Of a stretch of DNA of 64,000 bases, positions 38,621 through 51,934 are shown in pieces (position 1 is the stretch's first letter; the number at the start of each line of letters is the position of its first letter). The position numbers were made by a program, and so were the translations under genes. Under the pieces are notes generated by a model that worked only from the letters and a program-made list of their open reading frames with translations, did no database searches and was not told the origin of the DNA. The DNA comes from Mustelus asterias (lineage: Eukaryota): assembly GCF_964213995.1 (NCBI RefSeq), contig NC_135806.1:139686001-139750000 (forward strand), written 5' to 3'.

Positions 38621-38888
38621 GGGTGGCACGGTGGTTAGCACTGCTGCCTCACAGCACCAGGTTCAATTCCCCACTTGGGTCACTGTCTGTGTGGAGTTTG
38701 CATGTTCTCCCCGTGTCTGCGTGGGTTTCGTCCAGTATCCTCCCACATTCTGACAGATGTGCTGGTAAGGTGCATTGACCCGAACAGGCGCCGGAGTGTG
38801 GTGATTAGGGAAATTTCACAGTAACTTCATTGCAGTGTTCATGTAAGCCGTACTTGTGGCTAATAAAAAAAACTTTAAAAAACTTTAT
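38621..38888 (+). mobile_element. SINE type B
   Basis: Head, core and tail; nested with a CR1 tail fragment inside a family C SINE. Confidence 0.82.
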
Positions 38889-40844
38889 TCTGAGAATCTG
38901 CAGTGAAAAGCTGGCCTCAGTGATAGTGACCGTGAAACCATTGTCGATTGTTGGTTCACGAATGTCCTTTAGGGAAGGAAATCTGCCGTCCTGACCTGGT
39001 CTGGCCTACATGTGACTCCAGAGCCACAGCAATGTGGTTGACTCTCAACTGCCCTCTGAAATGGCTGAGCAAGCCATTCAGTTCAAGGACAACCAGGGAT
39101 GGGCAACAAATGCCCACATCCCATGAAAGAATATTTAAAAATAAAGTAAGCAAGCAACAGTAAACACTGCACTGATTCTGGTGAATCGTGTGAATCTATG
39201 ACCAGGACTTTTAGGAAGTCACTGATAGAGGTGACCCTCACTGCCTCCCCCACACATACACCATCCCACCCGAAGTCTGAGCGAAGTTATTTTCCGGGCT
39301 TCCCAGCTGCTGTTGAACGACTCCCCCCAGCCTGAAGGTTGAGGCTGGGCAGGAAAGGGTCTTCAAGTAGTCATTAGTGGGCTTCAACTGGGGCAAGAGC
39401 AGGTGGCGGGTCAAGGCCTGGCCTGCCCCACTATAAAGTTGCAAAGAGTTTGTATATGTTATACAAACACTTTGTAATTCTTCTGCAGTTTGTATCTGAA
39501 TGTGTAGAGTTTATATTTTTATTTATTCACAGGGATGTTCTGGCAAGGCTAGTATTTATTTTCTATCGCTAATTGCCCCCTTGCATGAATTGTCACACTC
39601 ATGGAAAGATCAGTTTAACAACAAGCTGTGCCCTTTCAGACAACATGAGTTTTGACCCAAGGTCATGTAAGGGGATGGAAGCCACAAGAAGGCTGTTATC
39701 ACCCGTCCCCATCCCTTGACAAGGTGGTGGTGAGCTGCCTTCTTGAACCGCTGCAGTCCATGTGATGTAGGTACACCCATAGTGCTGCGAGGCAGGGAGT
39801 TCCAGGATTTTGACCCAGCGACAGTGAGGGAATGACACATTTCTGAGTCAAGATGATGACTGACTTGGAGGTGTTCCCAGGTTATCTGCTGCTCTTGTCC
39901 TGAGTGGTAGAGTTCCCAGGTTTGGAAGGTGCTGTCTAAGGAGCCTTGGTGAGTTGCTGAAGTGCATCTTGTTTTGGTACATGTTGCATATATGTGTACA
40001 ATATGTACCAATCTAGAGGTCTCGCCAACATTCTGGGGCTGAGGAAATTCTCCACAAATGCTGTCCCAGTTATATCCAGACTTTTGAGTTTAATTTCAGA
40101 TTTTCAGCAGCTGCAGAATTGAAACTTTGCTCTGTTTTTATTGTTTCTTCAACTTGTGATTAAGGCCTGCACTTGGTCAGAAAAGTAAACTGGACTAATG
40201 AGGAAGCAGGCTTTAATCCACAGCCAACTCCAGTATCATGTTTGCCCGTTTTTTTAATTTTCTCCCATCATTCTCACTAAATGACTCATTGAGTTGATGT
40301 TTAACCTGCTCTGTTATTGCCATACAGTCTAGAGACCGTTCTGGCCTGTGCTATCTTAGAGAATCACAGCCAGAGAGGCTCACGTTGAGACTCAGGACAA
40401 CATTGCTGCTGCTAAAGCTGGCAATGGCTGGAAAAGGTGTGTGTTGTGAGGAAAGAGTAAGCTCAGTTGTGGAATCTTGGCAATCAAATAATCTTTGCTC
40501 AACTTGAAGGAACCTAGTTTATGATATCAGAGAGTTGCAAAGGAGCGTTGGGATGGTTCTATGGAGTGGAGGGGGAAGAAAATTAGCAACCAAAATTAAA
40601 CATTAAAACTGGAAGCTCCCCTGGCGCCTGACCGCCATCAAACACCATTTGTTGGGAATCCGTGTCAAAGAACCTCGAGTTGGAAAGTATCTTGGCTTAC
40701 CAACTCAGGACATATTTTCTTTGTGTCATTACGTTACTTCATGCTTCTCTAGCCCTCCCATCAGTGGCTGTCATAAGACGGTACCCAATCAGGAATGGAA
40801 TCGAATCTTCCTTACCTGATTGGGTGATGTAGTGAATGTCAGTG

Positions 40845-42345
40845 TCATAGAGGTTTACAACATGGAAACAGGCCCTTCGGCCCAACTTGTCCATGCCGCC
40901 CCTTTTTTTTTAAACTCCTAAGCCAGTCTCAATTTCCCGCATTTGGCTCATATCCCTCTATACCCATCTTACTCATGTAACTGTCTAAATGCTTTTTAAA
41001 AGACAAAATTGTACCCGCCTCTACTACTACTTCTGACAGCTTGTTCCAGACACTCACCACCCTCTGTGTGAAAAAATTGCCCCTCTGGACACTTTTGTAT
41101 CTCTTCCCTCTCACCTTAAACATACATATGCCCTCTAGTTTTAGCCTCCCCTACCTTTGGGAAAAGATATTGACTATCTAGCTGATCTATGCCCCTCATT
41201 ATTTTATAGACCTCTATAAGATCACCCCTCAGCCTTCTGCGCTCCAGAGAGAAAGTCCCAATCCATCCAGCCTCACCTTATAACTCAATCCATCAAGTCC
41301 CAGTAGCATCCTAGTAAATCTTTTCTGCGCTCTTTCTAGTTTAATAATATCCTTTCTATAATAGGGTGACCAGAACTGTGCACAGTATTCCAAGTGTGGC
41401 CTTACCAATGTCTTGTACAACTTAACAAGATGTCCCAACTCCTGTATTCAATGTTCTGACCGATGAAACCAAGTATGCAAATGCCTTTTTCACCACTCTG
41501 TCCATCTATGACTCCACTTTCAAGGAGTTATGAACGTGTACCCCTAGATCTCTTTGTTCTGTAACTCTCCCCAACGCCTTACCATTAACTGAGTGAGTCT
41601 TGCCCTGGTTCAATCTACCAAAATGCATCACCTCGCATTTGTTTAAATTAAACTCCATCTGCCATTCGTCAGCCCACTGGCCCAATTGATCAAGATCCGG
41701 TTGCAATCCGAGATAACTTTCTTCACTGTCCACTATGCCACCAATCTTGGTGTCATCTGCAAACTTACTAACGATGCCTCTCATATTCTCATCCAAATCA
41801 TTAATATAAATGACAAATAACGGTGGACCCTGAGGCACCGCTGGTCACAGGCCTTCAGTTTGAAAAACAACCCTCTACAACCACACAGAAGCCAATTTTG
41901 TATCCATTTAGATACCTCACCCTGGGTCCCGTGAGATTTAATCTTATGCAACAACATGTGGTACCTTGTCAAAGGCCTTGCTAAAGTCCATGTAGACAAC
42001 ATCAACTGCACTGCTCTCATCTACCTTCTTGGTTACCCCTTCAAAAAACTCAATCAAATTTGTGAGACATGATTTTCCACTCACAAAGCCATGCTGACTG
42101 TCCCTAATCAGTCCTTGCATCTCTAAATGCCTGTAGGTCCTGTCTCTCAAAATACCTTCCAACAACTTACCCACCACAGATGTGAGGCTCACTGGCCTGT
42201 AGTTCCCAGGCTTTTCCCTGCAGCCCTTTTTAAACAAAGGCACAACATTTGCCACTCTCCAATCTTCAGGCACCTCACCTGTGACTATCGATGATTCAAA
42301 TACCTTGGCTAGGGGACCCACAATTTCCTCCCTAGCCTCCCACAA
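40845..42345 (-). mobile_element. 5'-truncated CR1 LINE, frameshifted
   Basis: PGNYRPVSLTS, YMDFSKAFDKV and FADD motifs across several ORFs. Confidence 0.92.
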
Positions 42346-42499
42346 CTCTGGGAGTAATGCTCCATTGACAAATAATCTATTTTCTTTATGTTGAAATAGC
42401 ACCTGCCACATCCTCAGGACATCCCAAAAGCACTTCAATGGCCACGGAGATTCTTGTAATGTTGGCACAGCAAGGTCCCACAACGAAAAGTTTTTTAAG

Positions 42500-42945
42500 G
42501 ATTCAGCTGTAGTCAGTGAGTAGCGCGAGCACCTCAGAATCAGAATGTTCTAGGTTCAAGTCCCACTCCAGGGCTTCAGCACAGAAATCAAGGGCAACCG
42601 TGAGGGAGTGCTGGACCTTCTGAGGTGCTGGTTTTTAGTTGAGAATGAAACTGAGGCCCAGACTGTTCCCTTGGGTTGACGTAAAAAGGACTTGCAGCAA
42701 CATTTTGAAGTAGAGCAGGGGCCTTTTCTCGTGTGTCCCGGCCAATATTTACCCCTCGTCAACGTCACAATGAAATACATTACCTGGTCGTTATCACGAT
42801 GCTGTTTGTGGGATCTTGCTGTGTGCAAATTGGTTGCTGCGTTTCCATTACAACAGTGAGTACACTTCAAACCGTACTTAATTTGTTGTCAAGCACTTTG
42901 GGATGTTTGGTTGAGAGTCACTTTATAAATGCAGGTCTTTTTCTT
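42500..42945 (+). mobile_element. DeuSINE-like (SacSINE1-like) element
   Basis: B-box ggttcaagtccc; Deu-like domain ggccaatattta...tgtttgtgggatcttgctgtgtgcaaattgg; L2-like tail tataaatgcag. Confidence 0.7.
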
Positions 42946-43689
42946 TCTAGGCAAAGTTGGTTGTTAATGTGACATTGCTCAGCCTGGTTCCAGGCGATTA
43001 GACTGGCTCGCTGGAGTCCTAGACCAGCTGAAAGGTTCTTCCTGTCAAACCCGGGTTCTAACCAGTTGTTGAGATATTCAGGAGGTCAGAGGAGGAAAAA
43101 CAATCAGCACAAAATGTTGTGAAGTATAACTCCTGATCCATCTGATGTTGCAAAGGTGGCCTTGGGATGTTTGACAGAAGTTTGTTATTCATTGCCCAGT
43201 GATATCAGAGGAACCTTTTTATCAGCTGATTGTTAAAGAATTGTGTCTAACATTTTAGTCAAGGATTACAGTAATTGTATAACCTAGTAACAATTTCTAC
43301 AGTGTTGCTCTATGTTATATGTAATGAAACCTTCAGTGTAAACTATTGGTCTGGTCCCAATGAGTGTACTGATGAGAATTCTTGCGTTTATATTTTGATT
43401 ATTGTTTCAACAAATATGCCTTAATATAAAATGAGATTACTGCCATTCCATGATCTGCACCAAGGAAACATTAAAAGACTATCTTTGGAGAACATGCCAA
43501 CATTTTCTGTCCTGTTGCAGCCACTGGGATTAAACCTTGTAGTGTCAGCATGAGCCATGTACCTTTATACACTTGGAAAGGGAGGAGGGTGTGTTAACCT
43601 TTACAGTTCCATACACCCCAGGGAGTCATGTACCTTGCATGGACACTGTGGGGGAAGTGGATAGAGAGAAGGGGTGAAAGTAAGAACAT

Positions 43690-44130
43690 TAAGTAGGAAC
43701 AGAAGACTATACGGCTCCATGACCCTATTCTGCTGTTCAATGTGATAATGGCTGATCATCTATCTCAATCCATGTTTCCTACTCGCTCCCCATATCCCTC
43801 GAGTACCAGCAAGACGAAAATATCTCTGTCTCGGTCTTTAACATATTCAAGGATGGAAAATCCATAACCTTTTGGGGTAAAGAATTCCAAAGATTCACGA
43901 CCCTTTGAGGAAAGAAGTTTCTCCTCATCTCAGTCCCAAATGATCATCCTCTTTTCCTGATACTGCTAGATTCCCCAAACAGAGGAAATAAACTCTCATC
44001 ATCTACCCAGTCAAACTCCCTCACAATCGTATATAGTTCAATGAGATTGCGTCTCATTCATCTAAACTCCAGAGAATATAAACCCAATTTACTCAGCCTC
44101 TCATCATAGGACAACCCACTCATCCCAGGT
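43690..44130 (-). mobile_element. Old degenerate CR1 3' fragment
   Basis: Decayed ORF2 C-terminus and 3' UTR. Confidence 0.65.
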
Positions 44131-44846
44131 GTGAATCCTTGTGGTGCCTGCAGTTGCAAAGAACTCTCCGACTCCAATACACGCAGGCTGCCTGAGGGAG
44201 GGCGAGAGAGGAGTCATATTAACACAAGCTGGGAAACAGGAAGTGAGAGGGCAGGAGTTGTTAACTCTTGTAATGCCACCCTGTCCAGGAAATCCTGTGC
44301 CTCCCTTAATGAGGTGTCTGGACGCTGTATATTAGAGAATTCTAATACATTGGATGCCACTTGCAATCACCTCTAATGTAGTAGATTCTTCTGCAGTGAA
44401 GTTTTCTATGAAATGCACCAGAGAATTGGGGTACCTGCCATTGTGTGGATCCGCTTGATGACATCCTCAGCCCTTTTTGGTGGCTGCCCCCTTCCAGACT
44501 TCAGGTCTCAAAACCAAGGTACATCGGGACAGCTGTTTGGCACCCACCAGCTTGTCAAATTACAAGGTTGGGGCCTCGGAGTGTTAACATGAGAATGTTG
44601 AACATGTTGAAATTGATCCAATGACGTAGAACTTAGAGCACAGAACGATTCAGCTCCAACTGGTGTTGCTTGTTTATGCTCCACCTCAGCATCCTGACAT
44701 TACTTAATATCCTTCTAATCCTTTCTTGTCTTTACGTAGTTTTTCCCTTCAATGTCTCTATTTAATTCAGCTTAACTGAACCCTGTGGTAGCAAGTTCCA
44801 TGCTCTAACATTCTTGAGGGCAACTAGGGATGGACAATAGAACATA

Positions 44847-46482
44847 GAACAGTACAGCACAGAACAGGCCCTTCGGCCCACGATGTTGTGCCGACCTTCA
44901 TCTGAAACCAAGATCAAGCTATCCCGCTCCCTATCATCCTGGTGTGCTCCATGTGCCTATCCAATAATCGCTTAAATGTTCCTAAAGTGTCTGACTCCAC
45001 TATCACTGCAGGCAGTCCATTCCACACCCCAACCACTCTCTGCGTGAAGAACCTACCTCTGATATCCTTCCTATATCTCCCACCATGAACCCTATAGTTA
45101 TGCCCCCTTGTAATAGCTCCATCCACCCGAGGAAATAGTCTTTGAACGTTCACTCGATCTATCCCCTTCATCATTTTATAAACCTCTATTAAGTCTCCCC
45201 TCAATCTCCTCCGCTCCAGAGAGAACAGCCCCAGCTCCCTCAACCTTTCCTCATAAGACCGACACTCCAAACCAGGCAGCATCCTGGTAAATCTCCTCTG
45301 CACTCTCTCCAGCGCTTCCACATCCTTCTTATAGTGAGGTGACCAGAACTGCACGCAATATTCCAAATGCGGTCTCACCAAGGTCCTGTACAGTTGCAGC
45401 ATAACCCCACGGCTCTTAAACTCCAACCCCCTGTTAATAAAAGCTAACACACTATATGCCTTCTTCACAGCTCTATCCACTTGAGTGGCAACCTTTAGAG
45501 ATCTGTGGATATGGACCCCAAGATCTCTCTGTTCCTCCACAGTCTTCAGAACCCTACCTTTGACCCTGTAATCCACATTTAAATTTGTCTTACCAAAATG
45601 AATCACCTCACATTTATCAGGGTTAAACTCCATTTGCCATTTTTCAGCCCAGCTTTGCATCCTATCTATGTCTCTTTGCAGCCTACAACAGCCCTCCACC
45701 TCATCCACTACTCCACCAATCTTGGTGTCATCAGCAAATTTACTGATCCACCCTTCAGCCCCCTCCTCTAAGTCATTAATAAAAATCACAAAGAGCAGAG
45801 GACCAAGCACCGATCCCTGCGACACTCCGCTAGCAACCTGCCTCCAGTCCGAAAATTTTCCATCCACCACCACCCTCTGTCTTCGATCAGATAGCCAGTT
45901 ACCTATCCAATCGGCCAACTTTCCCTCTATCCCACACCTCCTTACTTTCATCATAAGCCGACCATGGGGGACCTTATCAAACGCCTTACTAAAATCCATG
46001 TATATGACATCAACCTCCCTACCTTCATCAACACACCTAGTTACCTCCTCAAAAAATTCTATCAAATTTGTGAGGCACGATTTGCCCTTCACAAATCCGT
46101 GCTGACTATCCCGGATTAATCCGCATCTTTCTAAATGGTCATAAATCCCATCCCTAAGGACCTTTTCCATCAATTTACCAATCACCGAAGTCAGACTAAC
46201 TGGTCTATAATTACCAGGGTCATTTCTATTCCCTTTCTTAAACAGAGGAATAACATTTGCCACTCTCCAGTCCTCCGGCACCATCCCCGTGGACAGCGAG
46301 GACCCAAAGATCAAAGCCAAAGGCTCTGCAATCTCATCCCTCGCCTCCCAAAGAATCCTAGGATACATTTCATCAGGCCCAGGGGACTTATCGACCTTCA
46401 GTTTATTCAAAACTGCCAATACATCCTCCCTCCGAACATCTATTTCCTCCAGCCTATTAGCCTGTAACACCTTCTCTTCCTG
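44847..46482 (-). mobile_element. Young 5'-truncated CR1 LINE with uninterrupted RT domain
   Basis: 518-aa open frame with PGNYRPVSLTS, YMDFSKAFDKV, QGSVLGP and FADD; (ttctatg)n tail. Confidence 0.96.
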
Positions 46483-46624
46483 AAAAACGCTGGCCTAGCC
46501 ACTGATGCTGCAACCTGTAAATGAATTTTTTTTAAAAACACACGGTTAAAGGAGTTTCTCTCGAATTGTTTCTGCTGGGGCTTGGTTAGACACCTGCAAT
46601 AACCACACCGAGTTTGTACGAGAA

Positions 46625-46920
46625 AGCTTTTAAATTTATTAGTGTCACAAGTAGCCTTGTATTAACACTGCAAATAATTTATTGTGAGAATCCCCTATTC
46701 ACCGCATTCCGCCACCTGTTTGGGTACACTGGCTATGCTGCATTCTCCCTCAATGTACCAACCAGCACGTCTTTCAGACAGAGGAAACCAGATCATCCGG
46801 AGGAAACCCACGCAGATATGGGGGGAACGTGTAAACTCCACACAGACAGTGACCCAATATGGGAATCGTAACCCGGCTCTCTGGCCCTGTGAGGCAGCAG
46901 TGCTAACCACTGTGCCACCA
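46625..46920 (-). mobile_element. SINE type B, diverged
   Basis: Reverse complement of type B. Confidence 0.8.
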
Positions 46921-46929
46921 CATTTGACA

Positions 46930-47630
46930 ATTTCTTAGCTTATTCACTTAACCTATCAACATTTCTTTGTAAACTTTGTATTCCTCTCGCAACTTGCCTT
47001 TCCACCTATTTTTGTGTTGTCTGCAAATTTGGCTACAGTACATTCTCTTCCTTCCACCAAGTCATTAATATATATTGTAAACAGTTGCGGTCCCAGCACT
47101 GATCCCTGTGGAACCCCACTGGTTACAGGTCACCAACATGAAAAAGGACCCCTTACCCCCGCTCACTGTTTCCTTCCCATTAGCCAATTTTCTATCCACG
47201 CCAATATATTCCATCCAACACCATGGGCTCTTATGAGTTACCCTTTTGTGAGGTACTTCATTGAACACCTTCTGGAAGTCCAAATACAACACATCATCTG
47301 GTGCCCTTCTCTCCACTCTGGTTGAGATTTTCTCAAATAATAAATTAGACACGATTTACCTTCCATGAAGCTGTGTTTGATTAGATTATGATTTTCCAAA
47401 TCTGCAGCTATTACTTCCTCAATAATTGATTCCATTGTTAGCTGCTTTTTGCCTCCCTCTATTTTTGAATCGGGTTGTCACACTGGCAGTTTCCAATCTT
47501 CTGGTACTTCTCCAGAATCCAAGGAGTTTTGGAAAATTACAACCAATTCATCTACTATTTCTGTAGTTGCTTCTTTTAGGATTTTCGGATGCAAGCCATC
47601 AGGGCCAGGGGACTGCCTTTAGCCCCATTA
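46930..47630 (-). mobile_element. Old degenerate CR1 RT fragment
   Basis: YLDFQKVFNEVPH and GKSCL motifs. Confidence 0.75.
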
Positions 47631-47959
47631 ATCTACAGACCCGTAATGCTTTGGCGACCTGGGTTCAAATCCCAGCATTTAAATTTAATAAAAATCTGGA
47701 ATTAAAAGTCTAATGGCCATGAAATGATTGTCATAAAAGCCCATCTGATTCACCAATGTCCTTCAGGAAAGGAAATCTGCCATCCTTACCTGGCCTGGCC
47801 TACATGTGACTCCAGAGCCACAGCAATGCCCCCTTAATGGGCCCAGTCAAAGGGGAATTGGAGAAATAAATCCTGGCTCAATCAGTGATGTCCACATCCC
47901 ACGAATGAATAAAACAAGAACGAGTCCAACCAGCTCCCCTCACTATCGAGTGTTCAATA

Positions 47960-48500
47960 TACAATTACCATAACTGAATCCCCCACTATCCAATTTCCTG
48001 AGAGGCACAATTGACCAGAAACCTAATTGCACCTGACATATAAATATCGTGGCTACAGGAGGAAATCAGAGGCTGGGTAACTTGCCTTTTGACTCCCCAA
48101 ATCCTGTCCACCATCTGCAAGGCACAAGTCAGGAGTGTGATGGAATACTCCCCACTTGCCTGGATGGGTGCAGCTCCAACAACACTCAAGAAGCTCAACA
48201 CCATCCAGGACAAAGCAGCTGTTTAATTGACACCCTATCCACCACCTTTAACATTCACTTTCCAGTGCTTTGACAGAATTTTCCAAAACTGTGACCTTTA
48301 CCACATAGAAGCAGTTGGATGGGACCACCCCTCCAAGTTACTCACCATCCTGACTTGGAAATGTCGATGTTGCTGGGTCAAAATACTGCAATTCCCTCTC
48401 CAACAGCACTGTGGGTGTACCTACACTTCAGGGACTGCTGCTGTTCAAGAAGGCAGCTCACCATCACCTTCTCAAGGGCCAACAAGGGATGGTCTAGCCA
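47960..48500 (+). mobile_element. Older LINE 3' fragment
   Basis: ctgcaaggcacaagtcaggagtgtgatggaatactc...ttctcaagggc, shared with 20900-21140 and 54740-55100. Confidence 0.65.
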
Positions 48501-49037
48501 GGCACTCTGTCATCGCATAAACCAATAACCCAAACAAATTGGCTAGATCTGTCAAAGAGCTGACACATATGATGGGCTGAATAGCCTCATTTCGTTCTGA
48601 TTGATATGTAGTGCAAGTTGATGCTAAGAAGGAGTCAATGTATATACACAACCAATTGTTTATTTGATGCACTGTTGACAATCATTGCAGCTCCATCATG
48701 CAACTTTGATAGACTGACAATTAAAAGCATAGGTTCACTCTGGGATCAGTTATTGAAAGCTGGCTGACCTCCAGTAGAATCTCCCGTCATAGCCGAAGAG
48801 TTGGAAACAGCAGCCAGTTCCCTGAGCAAAGCACCTGTAATAACTGGCGGTTTAAACCTGTCCTTCTCACAGTCACTCACCTCCTTCCGACTATTTACAC
48901 CAGAGATAAAAGCTGTGGTTTGTGAATTGATCTGTGCAGTGCCTGTTGCGCGCTAATGGCTGAGCCACCCATTTGGATAAAAGTCCTGCAACTCCCTCCC
49001 TAACAGCACTGTGGGTGTACCTACACCTCAGAGACTG

Positions 49038-50435
49038 CAAGAAGGGTAGCAGTGATAACCCAGGAAATTATAGGCCGGTGAACTTGACGTCCGTGGTAGG
49101 GAAGTTGTTGGAGAGGATTCTTAGAGACAGGATGTATGTGCATTTAGAACGGAACAATCTCATTAGTGACAGACAGCATGGTTTTGTAAGAGGGAGGTCG
49201 TGCCTTACAAATTTGGTGGAGTTTTTTGAGGAAGTGACAAAAACGGTTGACGAAGGGAGGGCCGTGGATGTTGTCTATATGGATTTCAGTAAGGCATTTG
49301 ACAAAGTCCCACATGGCAGGTTGGTTAAGAAGGTAAAGGCTCATGGGATACAAGGAGAAGTGGCTAGATGGGTGGAGAACTGGCTTGGCCATAGGAGACA
49401 GAGGGTAGTGGTCGAAGGGTCTTTTTCCGGCTGGAGGTCTGACCAGTGGTGTTCCGCAGGGCTCTGTACTGGGACCTCTGCTATTTGTGATATATATAAA
49501 TGATTTGGAAGAAGGTGTAACTGGTGTAATCAGCAAGTTTGCGGATGACACGAAGCTGGCTGGACTTGCGGATAGCGAAGAGCATTGTCGGGCAATACAG
49601 CAGGATATAGATAGGCTGGAAAATTGGGCGGAGAGGTGGCAGATGGAGTTTAATCCGGATAAATGCGAAGTGATGCATTTTGGAAGAAATAATGTAGGGA
49701 GGAGTTATACAATAAATGGCAGAGTCATCAGGAGTATAGAAACACAGAGGGATCTAGGTGTGCAAGTCCACAAATCCTTGAAGGTGGCAACACAGGTGGA
49801 GAAGGTGGTGAAGAAGGCATATGGTATGCTTGCCTTTATAGGACGGGGTATAGAGTATAAAAGCTGGAGTCTGATGATGCAGCTGTATAGAACGCTGGTT
49901 AGGCCACATTTGGAGTACTGCGTCCAGTTCTGGTCGCCGCACTACCAGAAGGACGTGGAGGCGTTAGAGTGCAGAGAAGGTTTACCAGGATGTTGCCTGG
50001 TATGGAGGGTCTTAGCTATGAGGAGAGATTGGGTAAACTGGGGTTGTTCTCCCTGGAAAGACGGAGAATGAGGGGAGATCTAATAGAGGTGTACAAGATT
50101 ATGAAGGGTATAGATAGGGTGAACGGTGGGAATCTTTTTCCGAGATCAGAAGTGACGTTCACGAGGGGTCACGGGCTCAAGGTGAGAGGGGCGAAGTATA
50201 ACTCAGATATTAGAGGGATGTTTTTTACACAGAGGGTGCTGGGGGCCTGGAATGCGCTGCCAAGTAGGGTGGTGGAGGCAGGCACGCTGACATCGTTTAA
50301 GACTTACCTGGATAGTCACATGAGCAGCCTGGGGATGGAGGGGTACAAACGATTGGTCTAGTTGGACCAAGGAGCAGCACAGGCTTGGAGGGCCGAAGGG
50401 CCTGTTTCTTGTGCTGTACTGTTCTTTGTTCTTTG
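49038..50435 (+). mobile_element. 5'-truncated CR1 LINE with two frameshifts
   Basis: RT motifs in ORFs 48973-49503, 49487-50071 and 49969-50361; gttctttg tail. Confidence 0.94.
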
Positions 50436-50736
50436 CTTGCCATCACCTTCTTAAGGAGCAACTAAGGATGGGTAATAAATGCTGGCCTAGCCCGTGACGC
50501 CCACATCGTGTGAAGGAATAAAATAAATAGCAGACAGGAGGATCATTTCATTTCCAACCAGCGACATGGTGCCCATCATATTGTTGAAGGTTAAAACAAC
50601 AAAGCAATCAGCCCTTAACCAGGGAAATAAGGACCTGGTCACCTGTTTGAAGCCCCACTTTAACACTGATTATTTAAGTGAAACTAACTCTGTGTCCCAC
50701 AAAATCAGTTCTGGAATTCATTGACCTGATTCATTG

Positions 50737-51038
50737 GGTGGCACGGTGGTACAGTAGTTAGCATGGCTGCCTCACAGCGCCAGGGACCCAGGTTCGATTC
50801 CCAGCTTGGGTCAGTGCATGTGTGGAGTCTGCACATTCTCCCCGTGGGTTTCCTCCGGGTGCTCCAGTTTCCAAAGGTGTGCGGGTTAGGTGGATTGGCC
50901 ATGCTAAATTGCCCCTTTGTGTCAGGGGGACTGGCTAGGGTAAATGCATGGGGTTGTGAGGATAGGACCTGTGTGGGATTGTGGTCGGTGCAGACTCAAT
51001 GGGCCGAATGGCCTCCTTCTGCACTGCAGGATTCTATG
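50737..51038 (+). mobile_element. SINE type A
   Basis: A and B boxes, core and CR1-type tail. Confidence 0.85.
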
Positions 51039-51409
51039 AAAGTGGTGCCAGTTGATTAAGGAGGTTCATTCCACATTACCCGCTCCCTCTGCATTTACCC
51101 TCCCGAATTTCCCCGCTTCCTGCATCCCTCCATCCCACAATTCCATTTCCCTACCTGCCACATTCCAATGCTCACATTCTTCTCCCCCATTCCTCCTGCA
51201 TCCCCCTCCTTCCACATTCCCAGTCTCAAGTCATTCCACCTCCCCCTCATTTCCATCAACGCCCCCTCTCCCGCCCCTATCCACCTCCTCCCGCATTCCC
51301 ACTGCAAATCCCCCTCAGTTTAAATTTCCCAGACCGGACTGGGGATTGGCTCCGAATGCTCACATGGGGCAACTGATCGACAAGTGGGAGAGAGCCAGAA
51401 CTTCCGTCA

Positions 51410-51815
51410 CCAGTGGAAAAATACTGGAATGTGGGAGAAAATTCCAGGAAAGTGAGAGAAAACCTCGGGAATGTGAGATAAAATACCAGGAATGTGAGGG
51501 AAAACATCAGGAATTTGGGACAACCCTGGGAATGGGAGAGAAAACACCGGGAATGGGAAATGCCAGGAATGTGAGAAAATACCGAGGACATGAGTGAAAG
51601 TGCTATAAATGGAGGAAAATACTGGAAATGGGAGAGAAAAGATTGGGAATGTGAAAGAAGATACCAGGGAAGAGATAAAATAGCAGGAATGGGAGAGAAA
51701 ACACTGAGAATTACTGCTCAAATACTGAGAAAATGAGTGAAATGCTGGAAAAAGGAGAGAAAACACTAGGGATGGGAATGCAAACATTGGGAATTTGAGA
51801 ATGCTGGGAATTGGT
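51410..51815 (+). repeat. Degenerate purine-rich tandem repeat, unit about 21 bp
   Basis: ggaatgtgagagaaaacacca-like units. Confidence 0.7.
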
Positions 51816-51934
51816 GGTTTAAACTTGTCCTACTCACAGTCACATGAGCTCTCCCACTATTTACAGTATTAAGAAAACATTATAAAGAGAGTGTTTATAC
51901 AGCCTTATAGTGAGAATAGTCAAATTCCTTTCAG

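Noticed and set aside
44914-46470. 518-aa RT ORF as a host or domesticated gene
   Set aside because: 5'-truncated CR1 lacking the endonuclease, with a typical CR1 tail and a near-identical second copy.
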